Position numbers and translations under genes: made by a program. From the NCBI GenBank assembly GCA_030141605.1, contig JAQGDQ010001375.1, positions 1 through 43,917 of the forward strand: a stretch of 43,917 nt of DNA. Direction: 5' to 3'. The first letter of the stretch is position 1. Each line of letters opens with the position of its first letter. Below the pieces are notes generated by a model. It made no database searches. It was not told the DNA's origin and worked only from the letters and a program-made list of their open reading frames with translations. This document shows, piece by piece, positions 39,436-43,917 of this stretch. Origin of the DNA: Tubiluchus corallicola. Taxonomy: Eukaryota; Animalia; Priapulida.

Positions 39436-39568
39436 TTAGCACACATTAATATACATTTAGAAAAGTTAGAAAAAAATCAATAAAACACTTAAGGTCAATT
39501 ACAACTGACATGAAAATCAATAATATTGATTTGTTGCCATTTAATCATGCGTCTTTCCCCAGACTTGC

Positions 39569-39682
39569 TTATATCATATAGCAAAAATATGGTTCTTCAT
39601 CAGAATCAGTTTCATGAACTCCACGATCGAAATCCGGAAAGTAATTAATAAATGGAAAGCTGCCTTGTGCAACAAGAAAAAC
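39569..39682 (-). CDS. Peptide cassette 3': VFLVAQGSFPFINYFPDFDRGVHETDSDEEPYFCYMI*
   Basis: Positional mirror of 7733-7846; frame and stop conserved, many amino-acid changes. Confidence 0.6.
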   Translation of the reverse strand, partial: VFLVAQGSFPFINYFPDFDRGVHETDSDEEPYFCYMI

Positions 39683-41129
39683 CTAGAAGAAGAGTCATTC
39701 GCTATACTAATTATTTCATAAAAATATCATAATCTTAAGTAGCTAAGCTTTAGTTAGTTTTAAAACTGAAACACATAAATCCAGTGTGTGATTGTGTAAG
39801 GGCCAAGACTAAAACTTGTGAGGCACAATAGCTTAAGTACTTTCCATTTTGACACGTGCAAACTTGGACACAATATTACTGGAAACAGAAATGTTTTAAC
39901 ACTAGCAACTGCAGTAATATTATCCTATTTGGGGAACTTCCCATCTTTTATTCTCCAAAAATGATTTGGCGAGAAAGTGTGATGCTCACGTATGACACAT
40001 CAAGGGCCAATGTCCTTTCCCCGCTCTTTCTCCAGAACAGATTGTTCCCAAACCTACTCCAATCTGCTGTTGAATCTATTTTTAGCCCATCATTGTGAAC
40101 AGAGGTACTTGCCACACGATGTAGCAGCTACACTTTAAATATTCTTCTCCTTTCTGCTCAAACTAAGTTCAAATTCTACCAAATTTTTCTGAAACTTGAA
40201 ATTAAACTCTTTCATATTATGACAACGGTTGTTATCACTTGAGGATGGGGAAGATGTATTTTGGAGAACGTAATTACTGGTATTTTAATCCACCTAACGA
40301 TAACAGGGGTGACTTCAGTGGTGATGGTGACATAACCTATGACAAAGATTATGACAATGACGATACAAAAACTGATCAATTTAAAACAATCTATATACGT
40401 AAAGCCATTTCTAAATCCATCTTTTACGAAATCAAAAACGAATTATATTCACCTAAATAGCGTTGTTGTCTGTGTTTAGAGAGCTGAAACTTGTAACAGT
40501 ACATATAACTTCTTATTTGCAATTATTACATTGTACATGATTTAGTTACATATATTGTATGTATACAATGTAATATAAACGAATTCTCTATAACATTGAA
40601 AAGTGTGCAAGATGTGTAGACTACTGAAACTGAAGATGATAAAAAAATTGAAAAAATGTATTTTATTGGTATTTGTTATCAACCTGTTGGTAAATATTGT
40701 TGATGACGTCATGGATGAAGTGACAGCAATGATGATACAGACAATAACAGTGAAGATACAACATGGTGAACGTTTGTTCACCAGCAAATATTGACGAACT
40801 ATGATTAATCAGAAAAAAGGTAAAGCCAGTCCAACTTTCTAAAGGCATATATTTATAATGTAAAAAAATCATTCATTGTTCATCCTAATTAGACATCAAT
40901 TTTATTCATAGTTCAAACTTACAAGACACCTATTGTAATTAAAGTTGCTTGACCATACCTGTTTATTGTTTACCCAAAAGTATGATTAGTAATTAATTAG
41001 CACACACTAATATGCATTTAGAAAAGTGAAGAAAAATCAATAAAACAGTTAAGGTGAATTAAAATTGACATAAAATCGTTAATATTGATTTGTTGCCATT
41101 TAATCATCCTAGCTAAGCTTTAGTTACTT

Positions 41130-41288
41130 TTAAAACCGAAACCCAAATATCCAGTGCATGATTGTGTAAGGGCCAAGACTAAAATTTGTGGGGCGCCAGA
41201 GCCTAAATATCGTAAACTCGTAAACTCCATGCTCAAAATCCGGAAAGTACTCAATAAATGGAAACCCGGCTTGAGCAACAAGAAAAAC
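41130..41288 (-). pseudogene. Rearranged cassette: VFLVAQAGFPFIEYFPDFEHGVYE fused to intron-derived FTIFRLWRPTNFSLGPYTIMHWIFGFRF*
   Basis: Homology stops at ~41215 and is followed on the - strand by a duplicated piece of upstream intron (41111-41208 matches 41344-41441). Confidence 0.55.
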
Positions 41289-42772
41289 CTAGAAGAGTCA
41301 TTCGCTATACTAATTATTTCATAAAAATATCATAATCTTAAGTAGCTAAGCTTTAGTTACTTTTAAAACCGAAACCCAAATATCCAGTGCATGATTGTGT
41401 AAGGGCCAAGACTAAAATTTGTGGGGCGCCAGAGCCTAAATACTGGCACATTTGGACACATGCAAACTTGGACATAAAACTAATGGATTATTGACAAGTT
41501 ATTATACGATGGATATTATACATTATAGTTACAGAAAATGGATATTATACAATACAAGCAACTGTAGTAATATTATCCTATTTGGGGCACTTCCCATTTT
41601 TTATACTCCAGAACTGCCTGAGCGAGAAAATGTGATGCTTATGCACAAGAAATCAAAAACCAATGTTCTTGTCGCCTTTTTCTCCTGAACAGATTGTTCC
41701 CAAAGCTACTCTAATCTGCTGTTAAATCTATTTTTCTGAGCCCACTATTGTGAACAAAACCATCGACATGATGTAGCACCTACAGTTTCCATCATTCTTC
41801 TCCTTTCTGCTCAACTAAGTTCAAACACTACAATTTTTTCTGAGACTTGGAATGAAACTCTAGCATATTACATCAAAGTTGTTTGTCTTTCACTTGACCA
41901 TGGGAGCTATATTTTGGAGAACATGATTACTCGTGCTTTTTAATAAACCTATGCAGTAACAGAGGGTGACTTCAGCAGTGATGGTTAAGTAAAGTATTGC
42001 AATGACAATGACAATGCTAATTCAATCTATATACGTAAAGACATTTTTAAATCTGTATTTTGCGAGATTAAAAACTAATTATATTCACCGAAACGGCATT
42101 CTTGTTTGTGTTTAAAGTGCTGAAACTTGTAACAGCATATATTACTTCTTATTTGTAATTATTGCATATGTTGATGATTTAGTTGCTTATATTTTATGTT
42201 TTCACAGTAACATCTTCAAATTCTCCATACATATGGAAAGTGTGCAAGATGTATAAATTACTGAAACCGATAGATGAAAAATTTTTTATAGAGAATGTAA
42301 TTGCTGATGTCTTTATCAACTTGTAAGAGCAATTATAGTAGATGACGTCATGGATGAAGTGGCAGTAATAATGATGCAGACAAAAACAGTGATGATACAA
42401 CATCTTAGATGTTTGTTCACCAACTGATATTGAAGAATGACATTGAACCAGAATAAGGTAAAGACAGTCAAACTTACTAAAGGCATATATTCATAATGTA
42501 AAAAAATTATTCATCATTCATCTAACTTAGATTTACACATCAATTTTATTCATAGTTCAAACTTACAAGACACCTATTTTAATTAAAGTTTGCTTGATCA
42601 TACCTGTTTATTGTGTACCCAAATGTATGATTAGTAATTAATTAGCATACATTCATATACATTTAAGAAAGTTAGAAAAAATTAGTGAAACAGTTAAGGT
42701 GAATTAAAATTGACATAAAATCATTAATATTGATTTGTTGCCATTTAATCATCCATCTTTCCCCAGACTTGT

Positions 42773-42883
42773 TTATATAATATAGTAATATGGTTCTTCA
42801 TAATAATCAGTTTCATAAACTCGACGATCAAAATCCGGAAAGTAGTCAATATGTGGAAACCCGGCTTGAGCAACAAGAAAAAC
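42773..42883 (-). CDS. Peptide cassette: VFLVAQAGFPHIDYFPDFDRRVYETDYYEEPYYYII*
   Basis: Conserved acceptor, open frame, AATAAA on the - strand near 42545. Confidence 0.7.
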   Translation of the reverse strand, partial: VFLVAQAGFPHIDYFPDFDRRVYETDYYEEPYYYII

Positions 42884-43136
42884 CTAGAAGAAGAGTCATT
42901 CGCTATACTAATTATTTCATAAAAATATCATAATCTTAAGTAGCTAAGCTTTAGTTACTTCTAAAACCGAAACCCATAAATACAGTGCATGATTGTGTAA
43001 GGGCCAAGACTAAAATTTGTGGGGCGCCAGAGCCTAAATACGGGTACATTTGGACACGTGCAAATTTGGACATAAAACGAATGGATATTGAAAAGTTTAA
43101 CACAAGCAACTGCAGTAATATTATCCTATTTGGGGC

Positions 43137-43917
43137 AACATTTAGTTTTTTATTTTATTTGTTCTTCTGTTTACACATACCTAGTTCTTCACTTTTGAAA
43201 TTATATATCCGCTCCCTGGAAACACTGATATCAAATTATATTTACCCAAAATAGTCCAAACCTTCTGGCATAGAAAAATTCGAATTCCTAGAACCACAAA
43301 CTTAGATAGCACTTCATTCACTATCAACTTGATTTTGTATAAGTCATTGCATTTGTACTACTGAACAGCTAACCTGGTGACCTTCGTGACCTGTTTGCTA
43401 TTTTTATCTGCTACAAATATATTTGGTTAGTGATTGAACACATATTTATTGGCAAGCTCGTGAGATGTCTGCCGCTATTATGTCTATGTCTTACCTTTTG
43501 AAAACCCCATGAGTAGAAAAAAATGAACTGCTGTCATTGCACAACATTATTCTGTCATTAAGCACTGGAGACAGAATTTAAGATGCCTGCCTAAAACTAA
43601 GACAGTCATTAAACTTTGAACGTAACGTCACGTTTAGCGTGAAATATACAAGACAAATCTGGTTTAAAAAGGACACAGAAGTTGTCTTGATCACATATCT
43701 AGCCTATCACAATTGAAGATATTCGAATCAATTTGAGAAACAAACAATCGCTTCGACAGCAACTGTCATTTTCAATGCTATAAATCAAGCCAAAAGAATT
43801 AGTGCAATTAAGACACCACTAACCAAGGCATCGAAAAAATTAAATCATCACACATCACAAATGGGAAATTAAAATTGTCACAATACAACTAGAAATAACT
43901 TAGAAGGAGGTTCTCAT
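43137..43917 (-). repeat. Third, more diverged copy of the HPGD-like upstream/promoter region
   Basis: Colinear with 27106-27882 in the same orientation; runs off the window end. Confidence 0.92.

Larger units (their letters stand above)
24911..41110 (-). repeat. Right arm of giant imperfect inverted repeat
   Basis: Starts TTTCAGAAAAGTCGC, the reverse complement of 22959-22973; colinear to ~41110 with arm-specific indels. Confidence 0.97.

Noticed and set aside
40542-40872. Hydrophobic VIVCIIIAVT-like stretches in array units as per-unit signal exons
   Set aside because: No conserved ATG or splice donor, and the frame varies among units; looks like decayed trinucleotide-rich repeat.

Overview
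AT-rich animal (probably invertebrate) genomic DNA with spliceosomal introns; nearly all ORF-track entries are spurious. (1) The window is dominated by a giant imperfect inverted repeat: arms ~6287-22973 and ~24911-41110, with a ~1.9 kb spacer and a 7-nt microhomology junction. (2) At its centre are two convergent, 3'-truncated copies of a 15-hydroxyprostaglandin dehydrogenase-like (HPGD/SDR) gene. (3) The main finding, missed by the ORF track, is a candidate secreted-peptide locus. A single signal-peptide exon (2648-2689, MEYKIYFVLFLLQL|GTAAGT) is followed by a tandem array of 1.2-2.8 kb units. Each unit carries a phase-0 acceptor and a ~37-codon terminal exon that completes the signal peptide and encodes a variant acidic, Tyr-rich peptide (consensus VFLVAQA-GFPFxDYFPDFDRRVYETDYYEEPYYYYII*); most have their own AATAAA. 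There are six cassettes on each strand, suggesting peptide diversification by alternative last-exon choice. (4) Mobile DNA includes a probable Polinton/Maverick right end (1-2456), a 5S rRNA-headed SINE with 13-bp TSD, a piggyBac-type MITE inside a dead LINE RT, a 2.4-kb long-TIR element, an arm-specific solo LTR, and mini/microsatellites. All alignments and counts were done by eye; no searches were run.
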